A program made the translations under genes and the position numbers. Under the pieces are notes generated by a model. It saw nothing but the letters and a program-made list of their open reading frames with translations. It ran no database searches and was not told the origin of the DNA. A stretch of 35,092 nucleotides of DNA from a bacterium. Its GTDB lineage: Bacteria > Patescibacteriota > Saccharimonadia > CAILAD01 > JAUYJX01. Positions 21,698-30,517 of the stretch are shown piece by piece; the first letter of the stretch is position 1, and every line of letters begins with the position of its first letter. The stretch is taken from NCBI GenBank assembly GCA_030699245.1, contig JAUYJX010000010.1, forward strand, positions 1 through 35,092, in the 5' to 3' direction.

Positions 21698-24178
21698 ATG
21701 GACTTTTATAGATATAAGACTGAAGAGGTTCTCAAACAACTCAAAACTACACCTCGAGGGCTTGATAACCACGAAGTACAAGAGCGTCTTTTGAGATACG
21801 GCAAAAACAAGATTGTAGTCAGGCACCCGGGAGAATTATTATCAAAATTACTTGAGCCCTTTAAGAGCCTTTTCATAATAATTCTTTTGATAGCTACTGG
21901 CATCAGCATATTAACCAGAGAGTTTCTAGATGCAGCAGTGATAGCAGTAATTATAATGGTAAATGCTGTCATTTATTATACCCAGAGGTTTTCTGCCGAT
22001 CGGATTCTAGCAACTCTTGAAAGAACCGATGTTTCTTTTGTTTCAGTTTTACGCGAAGGTAAGCTCCATAAAGTGTCCTCAGAAGATATTACTATTGGCG
22101 ATATCATTCAGCTTTATGAAGGTATGAAAATACCAGCTGATGGAAGGATAATTTATCACCGCAATTTATCAGTTGACGAATCAGCTTTAACTGGCGAATC
22201 CAGGCCTGTTGCGAAACAAGCTCGCAGCCTAAAAAGCAAGCATCCTATTTACGAACAAACCAATATGGTTTTTCGTGGCACTATAGTGCAATCCGGAAGC
22301 GGCACTATGGCTGTTGCTTTAACCGGTAATCAAACTGAGTTTGGTAGATTAGCTAGATTGAGCCGCAAAGCTGAGCTCACTAGCCCTCTGCAAAACAAGA
22401 TAAATAAGCTTACTAGCCGTTTGGTTATTTTTGTAAGCTTTGTGATGGCACTAGCCCTAATACTTAGCCTGTGGCGACAAGCTAGCCTAGCTGAAGCATT
22501 GCGTTTCGTGCTTTCTTTGATGGTTTCTGCCATTCCCGAAGGGCTTCCCGTAGCGGTTACTGTGGTTATGATATTTGGCATACATGCTATGGCCAAACGT
22601 AAAGCTTTAGTCAGAAATCTGACAGCAATCGAAACGCTAGGTCAAACCACTTTGATTGCTACTGACAAAACGGGCACCATTACCCAAAACAAACTCCACA
22701 TTGCTCAAACTTGGACACCCACTAAAATTGATATTTTACAATCAGCAGCCCGATCGCAAGCTGCTCAAGAAGGAGCTAGCACTAATGAAATTGAGGTTCT
22801 ATTAGCTCGAGACTTGGGTCATAATAAATTAAATGGTCGGTTGCTAAACCAATTAGACTTTGTGCAAAAGCTGCGAGTTAGCGGTTCGGTCTGGCAAATT
22901 GGCGCTAATACCTGGACATATATCAAAGGAGCCCCCGAAGAAATTATTTCGTTCAGTGTCCCCGATGATACCGTGCGATCTCAAACTCAACATATCTTAC
23001 ATCAGCTTAGCCACGAAGGATTGCGGGTACTAGCTATAGCCAGAAAAAAGAAGGGACTAAAAAAACTTAGAGCCAAAGAACTCTCTGGGTTTGAACTGTG
23101 CGGGTTAATAGCCTTTGGCGATAGACTAAGATCGAACGTAAAAACTGCCGTTGAAACGGCTCATAATGCCGGTATTCAGGTAATATTACTTACTGGCGAC
23201 CATGTAGCTACGGCTGGTTATTTTGGTAAAGAGTCAGGTATATCGCCTAATTTACTGGCTTTGGAAGGTAGCCATATTGCTAGTCTTGATCATGCTCAAA
23301 TTAGGCATATTATCAATCACACCAAAGTCTTTGGGCGAGTGTTGCCAGAACACAAGTACCGATTCCTAGAAGCTTTAGAGCGAAGCCATGTTACTGCCAT
23401 GACTGGAGATGGGGTAAATGATGTACCGGCCTTAGTGAAAGCTGATGTAGGAGTAGCTGTTGGTGCTGGTACCGATGCTGCCAAACAAGCCGCCGATATT
23501 ATCCTTCTTGACAATAACTTTGCCGCTATTGTTGAGGCTATTCGTTACGGACGAGGCATTGTTACAAACATACGAAAAATGGTTAGTTATTTGTTTGCTA
23601 CTAGTCTAGCCGAGATATTAACCGTGTTAAGTGCTCTGGTCGTTGGATTGCCACTGCCAGTTACTGCTTTACAAATATTATGGATAAATTTAGTTACCGA
23701 CGGTGTTACTGTTATTCCTCTTGGCTTAGAGCCGATGGAGAAAGATTTAATGCAAACTAAACCCCAATCAAAAACTGCTCCGCTTTTGAGCAGGCAGCAC
23801 ATCATCCGTATTATACTAGTCGCAACCATCATGGCTGCTCTAACCATGACGATATACCTTGTTAACTTGACAGCTGATCAAACCTACGCCAAAACAATGG
23901 CTTTTGCAACCTTAGTAGTAGTGCAGTGGGCTAATGCAATTAATTCGCGCAGTGAAAAACGCTCATTTTTAGAAGGTTTAAAGCGACCAAACTGGACTTT
24001 AGTAGCTGGTTTAACAATAGCAATTATCTTACAAATCTTGGTGCTATTTGGCCCCCTTAGAACTATATTCAATGTAGAGCTTTTGCGACCAGATAGTTTA
24101 TTAGTGCTCGGTGGAGCATTTTTGGTAGTGCTTATCGCTGGAGATATCATTAAAAAACTTATACCGATCAAGGCTTAA
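21698..24178 (+). CDS. P-type cation-transporting ATPase, P2A-like (Ca2+/Mg2+ type)
   Basis: N-terminal cation-ATPase domain (LDNHEVQERLLRYGKNKI), TGES (ALTGESRPV), PEGLP, DKTGTIT, TGDHVATA, MTGDGVNDVPALVKADVGVAVG, and ten-TM-like hydrophobic pattern. Confidence 0.9.
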   Translation: MDFYRYKTEEVLKQLKTTPRGLDNHEVQERLLRYGKNKIVVRHPGELLSKLLEPFKSLFIIILLIATGISILTREFLDAAVIAVIIMVNAVIYYTQRFSADRILATLERTDVSFVSVLREGKLHKVSSEDITIGDIIQLYEGMKIPADGRIIYHRNLSVDESALTGESRPVAKQARSLKSKHPIYEQTNMVFRGTIVQSGSGTMAVALTGNQTEFGRLARLSRKAELTSPLQNKINKLTSRLVIFVSFVMALALILSLWRQASLAEALRFVLSLMVSAIPEGLPVAVTVVMIFGIHAMAKRKALVRNLTAIETLGQTTLIATDKTGTITQNKLHIAQTWTPTKIDILQSAARSQAAQEGASTNEIEVLLARDLGHNKLNGRLLNQLDFVQKLRVSGSVWQIGANTWTYIKGAPEEIISFSVPDDTVRSQTQHILHQLSHEGLRVLAIARKKKGLKKLRAKELSGFELCGLIAFGDRLRSNVKTAVETAHNAGIQVILLTGDHVATAGYFGKESGISPNLLALEGSHIASLDHAQIRHIINHTKVFGRVLPEHKYRFLEALERSHVTAMTGDGVNDVPALVKADVGVAVGAGTDAAKQAADIILLDNNFAAIVEAIRYGRGIVTNIRKMVSYLFATSLAEILTVLSALVVGLPLPVTALQILWINLVTDGVTVIPLGLEPMEKDLMQTKPQSKTAPLLSRQHIIRIILVATIMAALTMTIYLVNLTADQTYAKTMAFATLVVVQWANAINSRSEKRSFLEGLKRPNWTLVAGLTIAIILQILVLFGPLRTIFNVELLRPDSLLVLGGAFLVVLIAGDIIKKLIPIKA

Positions 24179-24284
24179 TTTATGTAAAAAACGGTTGTGA
24201 ATATTACGTAAAATATATGCATAAAACAACATTATTTTAAGTCCTTCGATTCTCTTCGTTCACTTAAGGACATTCTCTCATTCT

Positions 24285-24361
24285 TTCTTCTTGGCTGGAA
24301 GCCATGAGCGAACGAAGTGAGCCTGCCTGCCGGTAGGCAGGCTTGACGTAGGATGGCAGGG
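24285..24361. repeat. direct repeat copy B, immediately 3' of and overlapping the end of the intact tRNA-Trp
   Basis: Same 57-nt core (24285..24341), a 12-nt spacer instead of 5 nt, then the genuine tRNA-Trp 3' end. Weaker similarity extends further distally (24257..24285 vs 21478..21531). Confidence 0.8.
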
Positions 24362-24429
24362 GTGGCAGGAATCGAACCCGCGACCTTCGGTTTTGGAGAC
24401 CGACGCTCTACCGACTGAGCTACACCCCT
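24354..24429 (-). tRNA. tRNA-Trp (anticodon CCA), 3' CCA encoded
   Basis: Hand-folded cloverleaf: AGGGGTG/CACCCCT acceptor, GCTC..GAGC D-arm, TCGGT-CTCCAAA-ACCGA anticodon arm, GCGGG-TTCGATT-CCTGC T-arm, discriminator G plus CCA. 76 nt. Confidence 0.9.
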
Positions 24430-24487
24430 TCATCTAACTTTGTAGACAAATCTTGGTTTGTTGATTTGGTAAGAATCTGATCAGGAA

Positions 24488-24562
<75 letters not shown>

Positions 24563-24565
24563 CCA

Positions 24566-24652
24566 TGGTGCAGGGAGAGGGATTCGAACCCCCGAAGGCT
24601 TAAAGCCGCCTGATTTACAGTCAGGTGCGTTTGGCCGCTTCGCTATCCCTGC
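24566..24652 (-). tRNA. tRNA-Tyr (anticodon GTA) with long variable arm, 3' CCA encoded
   Basis: GCAGGGA/TCCCTGC acceptor, CCTGA-CTGTAAA-TCAGG anticodon arm, GGCTT..AAGCC variable arm, GGGGG-TTCGAAT-CCCTC T-arm. 87 nt. Only 3 nt from the next tRNA. Confidence 0.9.
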
Positions 24653-24655
24653 TCG

Positions 24656-24730
24656 TGGAGCCAACGGTGGGAATCGAACCCACAACCTACGGTTTACAAA
24701 ACCGTTGCTCTGCCATTAAGCTACGTTGGC
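24656..24730 (-). tRNA. tRNA-Thr (anticodon TGT), 3' CCA encoded
   Basis: GCCAACG/CGTTGGC acceptor, ACGGT-TTTGTAA-ACCGT anticodon arm, GTGGG-TTCGATT-CCCAC T-arm. 75 nt. Confidence 0.9.
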
Positions 24731-24780
24731 GTATCAATTTAACAGATAAAGTTTACCAACAAAACCGCTTTCTTTCAAGA

Positions 24781-25446
24781 TTACTTCTTGGTTAGTTCTT
24801 GGTGCGCACGAACGTTTTGGGGATCGATTTTTAAGATCTTTTTAAAAATTTTGTCAGCATTTTCTTTGTCCTTGTTATCGAGATATGCCTCAGCTAAAAG
24901 CTGCATAATTTGCGTATTTTGCTTATCCATGTCTAGAGCTTTCTGTAAAGTGGCAACCTGCAGGCTATACTTACTCAAAATTCGATAAACCCTAGCTAAA
25001 CTAACTAGACGCTGTGGTTCAGGTTTGAGTTCAGTAGATTTTTCCAAGACAGTTGCAGCTTTGGTAAAATCACGGTTTTTTAAATAAACCATACCCAAAT
25101 TCTGATAAGAGGCAGGGTTAGGCTTTGCATCGACTACGATTTTAAAACATTCAATAGCATCAGGGAAATTGCTCATATGTGCATAGATAAAACCAAGACG
25201 ATTATAGGACCAGGTATTTTTATGATCAATTTTTAACAATTTTAAATAAGCTTTTTCGGCAGCTAAAAATTCACGTTGCAGATAATATCTATTAGCTTTG
25301 TCCAATAGTTTTTCTAAATGAGTATCATTTGTATTAACCGAATCATCTAGGGCGCTCACAGCGGGAAAACCGCGCAAAAATTTTGGCTTAGTTATGGTTA
25401 AGTAAGTAATTACTGCAAAGATTATAACTAAAACTATAGCAATCAT
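24781..25446 (-). CDS. membrane-anchored TPR-repeat protein
   Basis: N-terminal TM, then several 34-residue TPR-like units (e.g. AEKAYLKLLKIDHKNTWSYNRLGFIY, AIECFKIVVDAKPNPASYQNLGMVY). Confidence 0.7.
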   Translation of the reverse strand: MIAIVLVIIFAVITYLTITKPKFLRGFPAVSALDDSVNTNDTHLEKLLDKANRYYLQREFLAAEKAYLKLLKIDHKNTWSYNRLGFIYAHMSNFPDAIECFKIVVDAKPNPASYQNLGMVYLKNRDFTKAATVLEKSTELKPEPQRLVSLARVYRILSKYSLQVATLQKALDMDKQNTQIMQLLAEAYLDNKDKENADKIFKKILKIDPQNVRAHQELTKK

Positions 25447-25447
25447 C

Positions 25448-26323
25448 TTAATGTAAATTTAAAGCTAAATTTTCCAAGACTAGTCTAGGGCTTAAATTAT
25501 TTGAAAGTTGTTTCTCAGATTCAATTAACATATCTAAATTTTTGCTATTTTTCGGATTGAGTAATATTTTATCACGATATAACCTAATTAACTCTAATAT
25601 AAAATTCAAACTTAAACCCTTATCGCTTATTTCCTTGGCTGATTTAAATCTAGCGGTAATTGTGTCGTTTATAAAATCATCAGCTTTGGCAATCAGATTA
25701 ATTTTTTCTTTAAATAAGTTTTTGTCCTCAAGCAGTTTTATTGACTCACCTGGTTTACCGCTAGACAAACGAATTACTAAATCCAAAGTTTTATCATCAA
25801 CTTTGGATTTGTCTTTTAGAAATTTTTTGAGCTCGTTTTTGGCTGGTGGAATAAAATTAATTAATTGTGTGCGTGAAACAATAGTCGGAAAAACAGCAGA
25901 TAGGTTATCAGCCAGTAAAATAAAAATGATTTTACTGCTTGGCTCTTCTAAACTTTTGAGCAAGCTATTGGCTGCTTCAGGTGTCATCTTGTCAGCACTT
26001 TTGATGATAATTACTCGATGGTACTTTTTGTTAAAGGGTGTTAGATTTACTTCTTCAATCAAGTCTTTTATCTGACCTATTTTGATTGTGCCGCGACGGC
26101 CGTCTAGAGCAGATATAATTGTCACATTTGGGTTGTTAAATGAAGTGATTTGTTTGAAAGTTTTAGCATCATCTTTGCCGGTAGTTAACTTTGCACCAAT
26201 ATGATAAGCAATGCTTTTTTTACCTAGCCCTTTCGGTCCATAAAAAATATAAGCATGGGACGGCGCATTAATGCAATGGCGAAGTTTTTTATATGTAGTG
26301 GGATGAATTAATAAATCTTTCAT
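25448..26323 (-). CDS. holB: DNA polymerase III subunit delta' (clamp-loader AAA+ subunit)
   Basis: HAYIFYGPKGLGKKSIA Walker-A-like, IIIKSADKMTPEAANSLLKSLEEP (sensor/box motif), IVSRTQ. Start overlaps the rluD-like stop (ATGA). Confidence 0.7.
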   Translation of the reverse strand: MKDLLIHPTTYKKLRHCINAPSHAYIFYGPKGLGKKSIAYHIGAKLTTGKDDAKTFKQITSFNNPNVTIISALDGRRGTIKIGQIKDLIEEVNLTPFNKKYHRVIIIKSADKMTPEAANSLLKSLEEPSSKIIFILLADNLSAVFPTIVSRTQLINFIPPAKNELKKFLKDKSKVDDKTLDLVIRLSSGKPGESIKLLEDKNLFKEKINLIAKADDFINDTITARFKSAKEISDKGLSLNFILELIRLYRDKILLNPKNSKNLDMLIESEKQLSNNLSPRLVLENLALNLH

Positions 26324-27201
26324 AATGAGTTTAGAAAAAAATTTAGCTCTGTAGGTAAGTTTGCTTTTAGAGTTAGTTGCTCGCCATTTGGCAATTTAAA
26401 TTCTATCTTAGCTGCATGTAAAAACTGTCTCTTTAGACCAGGGGTTTCTTTTCGTCCATATATTTTATCACCAACTACCGGGTGGCCTAAATACTTAAAT
26501 TGAGCTCTAATTTGATGTGTCCTGCCAGTAATAAGTTCTATCTCAACTAAGCTAAAGTCTTTATACTCTTTTATTACCTTATAAAAACTTACTGCCTGTT
26601 TGCCCGAAGATGAGACTGCCATTCTATGCCGATGGGATATATCTCGGGCTATGGGTAATTCTAACTTGGCTTTTGCGGGGCGTAATTTACCCCATATTAG
26701 CGCTTTATAAGTTTTTTTAATCTGTCTTTTTTTAAAAAGACCAGTTAAATATTTTTTTATTTGAGGATTTTTGGCAATTAGCATTATTCCTGATGTGTCG
26801 CGATCTAAACGATGCACTATACCCGGTCTTAACTTGTCATAATCTGTAACCTTATTTCTAAAAATTGACACAATCGTTGTCTCTTCCTTATCTTTGGGGG
26901 CATAAACGAGCAAGCCAGCAGGTTTATTAATAGCTAGAAGATCTTTATCTTCATAAATAATCTCTGGTTTTATTTTTTCTTCTTTAATTTGCGAGCGTTT
27001 TTTAGAAATAACGAATTCAACTATTTGTCCAGCTTTTAAAACTGTATGGGCTTTAGCCGGCTTGTTGTCAAGCTTAACATTACTATTCTTAATTTCTTTT
27101 TGCCAAAAGTTCCTGGACTGATTGCAAACTTCTGCTAAAAAAATATCGAGCCTTTTACCTGCTTTTTCTTTTGAAATTTTTTTCTTGAAACTTTTTGGCA
27201 T
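26320..27201 (-). CDS. rluD: RluA-family 23S rRNA pseudouridine synthase with N-terminal S4 domain (RluD-like)
   Basis: S4-like KRLDIFLAEV, catalytic HRLDRDTSGIMLIAKN, KTYKALIWG, and GRTHQIRAQF. Confidence 0.8.
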   Translation of the reverse strand: MPKSFKKKISKEKAGKRLDIFLAEVCNQSRNFWQKEIKNSNVKLDNKPAKAHTVLKAGQIVEFVISKKRSQIKEEKIKPEIIYEDKDLLAINKPAGLLVYAPKDKEETTIVSIFRNKVTDYDKLRPGIVHRLDRDTSGIMLIAKNPQIKKYLTGLFKKRQIKKTYKALIWGKLRPAKAKLELPIARDISHRHRMAVSSSGKQAVSFYKVIKEYKDFSLVEIELITGRTHQIRAQFKYLGHPVVGDKIYGRKETPGLKRQFLHAAKIEFKLPNGEQLTLKANLPTELNFFLNSL

Positions 27202-28184
27202 CAGGCAACAGAACTAATAGCATCAAGTTGAGTACGCGTACCCATCAAAATTAGCCGATCGCCCGTATATATGCGCTCTGAACCAGTGGGATTGACCTTA
27301 CTTGAACCATCATTGCTATTAATAGCCAGAACTATGGCGCCAGTCTGATGCTTGTCTAGCCAGGAAACGGGTTCACCGGCAAGGTTGGAATCTTTTGATA
27401 CAATCAGCTCCTCAATCTGAAGTAAAGAATTATCATTAGTACTGAGTACGTCAAGGAAATCAACCACATTTGGTCTAATCATCATGGTCGCCATATGATA
27501 TCCGCCGATTTGGTATGGCAGGGCAACTCTGTCGGCACCGGCTCTAAGTAGCCGGTCTTTGTTTTCTTCACGATTAGCCCTGGAAACAATAAATAAACCC
27601 TGATTGAGCTGCCGCGAAGTTAATGTCACGAACAAATTATTCGAATCCTCGCCAAGCGAAGCAATTAGTCCTTTGGCACGCTTAACTCCTGCGGTGATCA
27701 GCACCTCTTCTTTGGTGCTATCGCCAACAAAACCGATGCCACCATGTTCGACAAGATTTTTGACTTTGGAATCATCACGATCCACTCCAACAAAATCGAC
27801 CTCTTCTTCTTCAAGCTCCTTAGCGACTTGGCTGCCAACCCTGCCTAGCCCGCAGATAATATAATGATCTTTTAATTTTGCAGCTTTTCTTTTCATCTGT
27901 CTTCTTTTTAAACCGTCTCCTAATCCTATCATATACTCTGCTAGGTATTTTAGTAAATAAGCAATAATAATTAGGCTGGCTGATATCAGAGATACGACTA
28001 TCCAGCGACTAAAGGGGTTGCGAAAACCATAATGATCAAAGTGGCTTAAAATTATTAGAGTGGTCTGATAAAATGACTCGCTAAAATTTAGTTTTTCACC
28101 ATAACTAAAGCCAATTGTGCCGAAAAGTAGCAAAAAAATTACAAATATAATAATTTTTTGTAGTTGTGTAAGTTTAGGAAACAT
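27201..28184 (-). CDS. 2-TM ion-channel-like protein with RCK/TrkA-N and TrkA-C domains; no canonical K+ selectivity filter
   Basis: HYIICGLGRVGSQVAKELEEEEVDFVGVDRD Rossmann motif. C-terminal TrkA-C-like LAGEPVSWL...GDRLILMG. The pore region reads SFYQTTLIILSHFDHYGF where TVGYGD would be expected. Confidence 0.65.
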   Translation of the reverse strand: MFPKLTQLQKIIIFVIFLLLFGTIGFSYGEKLNFSESFYQTTLIILSHFDHYGFRNPFSRWIVVSLISASLIIIAYLLKYLAEYMIGLGDGLKRRQMKRKAAKLKDHYIICGLGRVGSQVAKELEEEEVDFVGVDRDDSKVKNLVEHGGIGFVGDSTKEEVLITAGVKRAKGLIASLGEDSNNLFVTLTSRQLNQGLFIVSRANREENKDRLLRAGADRVALPYQIGGYHMATMMIRPNVVDFLDVLSTNDNSLLQIEELIVSKDSNLAGEPVSWLDKHQTGAIVLAINSNDGSSKVNPTGSERIYTGDRLILMGTRTQLDAISSVA

Positions 28185-28228
28185 TTTAGCTTATTATAAC
28201 TCTTATGTTTTCTAAACCCAACAGAAAC

Positions 28229-28654
28229 TTAACGTTTGCTGAATTGCGGGGCTTTGCGAGCTTTTTTGAGTCCGTATTTTTTGCGTTCTTTTTTTCTCGG
28301 ATCTCGGGTTAGATAACCAGCTTTTTTTAAACTGACTCTCAGATCACCACTCATAACATTAAGTGCTCTCGCGATGCCTAAACTAATTGCCTGTGCCTGC
28401 CCCTTTTTACCGCCGCCTTTTACCTTAACACTAATATCTACACTTGCTGCTTTACCAACTAAAACCAAAGGACTTTTTACTGCATGGACTAGAGTTTTAT
28501 TATTAAGATAGATTTCGGCGTCAATATCATTAATAGTAATTTTCCCGTTTCCCTTAAATAATCTGACGGTTGCCACAGCAGTCTTGCGTCTGCCTACAGC
28601 ATAATAATAATTGCCCGTCTTTTTGATAGAAGTTTTTTTCACTGCTTCTGTCAT
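28229..28654 (-). CDS. rpsI: 30S ribosomal protein S9
   Basis: YYAVGRRKTAVATVRL...GGGKKGQAQAISLGIARAL...LTRDPRKKERKKYGLKKARKAPQFSKR. Confidence 0.95.
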   Translation of the reverse strand: MTEAVKKTSIKKTGNYYYAVGRRKTAVATVRLFKGNGKITINDIDAEIYLNNKTLVHAVKSPLVLVGKAASVDISVKVKGGGKKGQAQAISLGIARALNVMSGDLRVSLKKAGYLTRDPRKKERKKYGLKKARKAPQFSKR

Positions 28655-29085
28655 TTATTTTCCTTTTTACCCACATTAATTTGAGCATTATGAGGATGTT
28701 CACCGCCCGGATATACTTTTAGATTAACCAGCATTTTGTCAGCTAGTTTGTTTTTTGGCAGCATACCAGCTACTGCATGAATAATTACTTTTGTCGGATC
28801 TTTTTCTAACTGGTCTTTTAGATTTATTGATTTAATACCTCCAGGATAACCCGAATGACGATAATAAATTTTATCATCTAATTTTTTGCCGGTAATTTTT
28901 ACCTTCGAAGCATTGATCACCACCACTTTGTCTCCGCAAAGAACATGGGGAGAATAGTGAGTTTTGTTTTTACCTATTAATATAGTGGCTATTTGGGTGG
29001 AAATACGTCCCAATGTCTGGTTTCTAACGTCAATTAGGCACCAATCATTTCTGGCATCGGCTGTTTTTAGACTAAATGTTTTCAT
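28651..29085 (-). CDS. rplM: 50S ribosomal protein L13
   Basis: WCLIDVRNQTLGRISTQIATILIGKNK..YSPHVLCGDKVVVINA...YYRHSGYPGG. TGA stop overlaps the rpsI ATG. Confidence 0.95.
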   Translation of the reverse strand: MKTFSLKTADARNDWCLIDVRNQTLGRISTQIATILIGKNKTHYSPHVLCGDKVVVINASKVKITGKKLDDKIYYRHSGYPGGIKSINLKDQLEKDPTKVIIHAVAGMLPKNKLADKMLVNLKVYPGGEHPHNAQINVGKKENK

Positions 29086-29552
29086 TTTTTAGCTCCCGAA
29101 GCTGCTTTTTGAATTTTTTTAGGTTTAGACCGTTGAACTAAATCAATATTTTTTGCTTCTTTTTTTTCTTGTTCGGGTTTTTTACCGAAATCCTTTGGTA
29201 GTATTAATTCAATAACAGCCATCGGTGCACTATCACCTCTTCTATTACCGGTTTTGATAATACGAGTATAGCCGCTATTGCGATCCTTAAAACCTTCAGC
29301 CAGTTCATAAATCAGTTTCTGGGCAGAGGTCTTCGACAAAGAGAAAGAAAAGACAGCACGCATATTAGTTAGGTTACCTTTTTTAGCCTTAGTAACCAAT
29401 CTGTCAAATATTGGAGCGATTTCTTTTGCTTTAGTCATTGTGGTCTCAATTCTTTCATATAAGATTAGTGAGTTAACTAGCCCCCTGAGTAAAGCGCGAC
29501 GTTGATCAGCTTTTAAAGATAATTTTCGGCCCTTGTAGCTATGACGATGCAT
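29082..29552 (-). CDS. rplQ: 50S ribosomal protein L17 with Lys-rich C-terminal tail
   Basis: MHRHSYKGRKLSLKADQRRALLRGLVNSLILYERIETTMTKAKE...GYTRIIKTGNRRGDSAPMAVIEL. Confidence 0.9.
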   Translation of the reverse strand: MHRHSYKGRKLSLKADQRRALLRGLVNSLILYERIETTMTKAKEIAPIFDRLVTKAKKGNLTNMRAVFSFSLSKTSAQKLIYELAEGFKDRNSGYTRIIKTGNRRGDSAPMAVIELILPKDFGKKPEQEKKEAKNIDLVQRSKPKKIQKAASGAKK

Positions 29553-29556
29553 TAAG

Positions 29557-30501
29557 CTACTCCTGACCTTCTCTTTTAATACCTAATTCTTCTAATTTTT
29601 CCAAAACTTCTTCATATGCCTTAACACCAAAACCTTTTAGCTCTTTTAGTTCGGCGTTACTAAGTTGCATAATTTCAGCCACTGTCTTGATATCGTTATT
29701 CATCAATGCATTAGCAGTTCTAGGTGTAAAGTTTAATTCGTCAACCATTAAATTAGCGGCGTCAGCTTCGTTTTTGCTCTCCGCGGTTACAACGCCTTGA
29801 TCGCCGACGCTAACTACATCATGTCCAGCTAATACCTGAAAGTGACCGACAAGAATTTCTGCAGCCTGCTCAATAGTTTCTTTGGGTGTTAAACTGCCAT
29901 CAGTTTCAATATCAACTATCAATTTATCAAGATTTGTCATCTGACCAACACGGGTGTTTTCAACACTATAGCGAACTTTTTTGATAGGAGTATAAATAGC
30001 ATCAACAGCAATCATACCAATCGGTAATTTTTCTGCTGAACGGCTTTCTACTGGTATATAACCGCGGCCGCGCTCAACTTTTATTTCCATATTTAACTTA
30101 GCTGACTCATTATCTAGATTAGCAATTTCCAGATCTTTATTGATGATTTCAACAGAACTTGGGGCCTTAATATCGCTAGCTTTAGCAATGCCCTTACCTT
30201 TTTTGTTCAAATTAATATAAGTCGGCTCATCATCATGATACTTGATACGCAGCTGTTTTAAATTCAGGATAATTTCAACTACATCTTCTTTTATACCTTT
30301 AATTGTTGAGAATTCATGAGAAACTCCATCGATTTTTACTGCAGTTACTGCAGCCCCGCTTAAACTCGACAAAAGTACTCTTCTCATGGAGTTACCTAGA
30401 GTCATGCCATAGCCAGGATATAGCGGCTCAATTATGAAGGTTGATTTATTACTTTCAACTTTATTTTCTTTTATTTCTGGCAAATTAATGTCATATAACA
30501 C
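29557..30501 (-). CDS. rpoA: DNA-directed RNA polymerase alpha subunit
   Basis: FIIEPLYPGYGMTLGNSMRRVLLSSLSGAAVTAVKIDGVSHEFSTIKG plus C-terminal domain LNFTPRTANALMNNDIKTVAEI. GTG start preceded by AAGGAG. Confidence 0.95.
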   Translation of the reverse strand: MLYDINLPEIKENKVESNKSTFIIEPLYPGYGMTLGNSMRRVLLSSLSGAAVTAVKIDGVSHEFSTIKGIKEDVVEIILNLKQLRIKYHDDEPTYINLNKKGKGIAKASDIKAPSSVEIINKDLEIANLDNESAKLNMEIKVERGRGYIPVESRSAEKLPIGMIAVDAIYTPIKKVRYSVENTRVGQMTNLDKLIVDIETDGSLTPKETIEQAAEILVGHFQVLAGHDVVSVGDQGVVTAESKNEADAANLMVDELNFTPRTANALMNNDIKTVAEIMQLSNAELKELKGFGVKAYEEVLEKLEELGIKREGQE

Positions 30502-30517
30502 TTCTTACTCCTTTATT

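Noticed and set aside
21531-24341. The 57-nt repeat as an SRP (4.5S) RNA or another known small RNA
   Set aside because: I looked for the SRP domain IV motifs (GGAA tetraloop with flanking AGCA/GGAA symmetric loop) and did not find them. The helices I could draw outside the central hairpin in copy B are not preserved or compensated in copy A.
1380-24361. Calling the thymidylate island or the ATPase segment a mobile element (prophage, ICE or transposon)
   Set aside because: No integrase, recombinase, transposase, terminal inverted repeats or phage structural genes are visible. Only compositional and repeat evidence exists, so these are reported as findings and not annotated as mobile_element features.
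25542-26075. 177-aa plus-strand ORF antisense to holB, and similar antisense ORFs in the ATPase, kinase and secY genes
   Set aside because: No start-site signals and low-complexity translations. All are fully nested in genes with clear catalytic motifs on the other strand.
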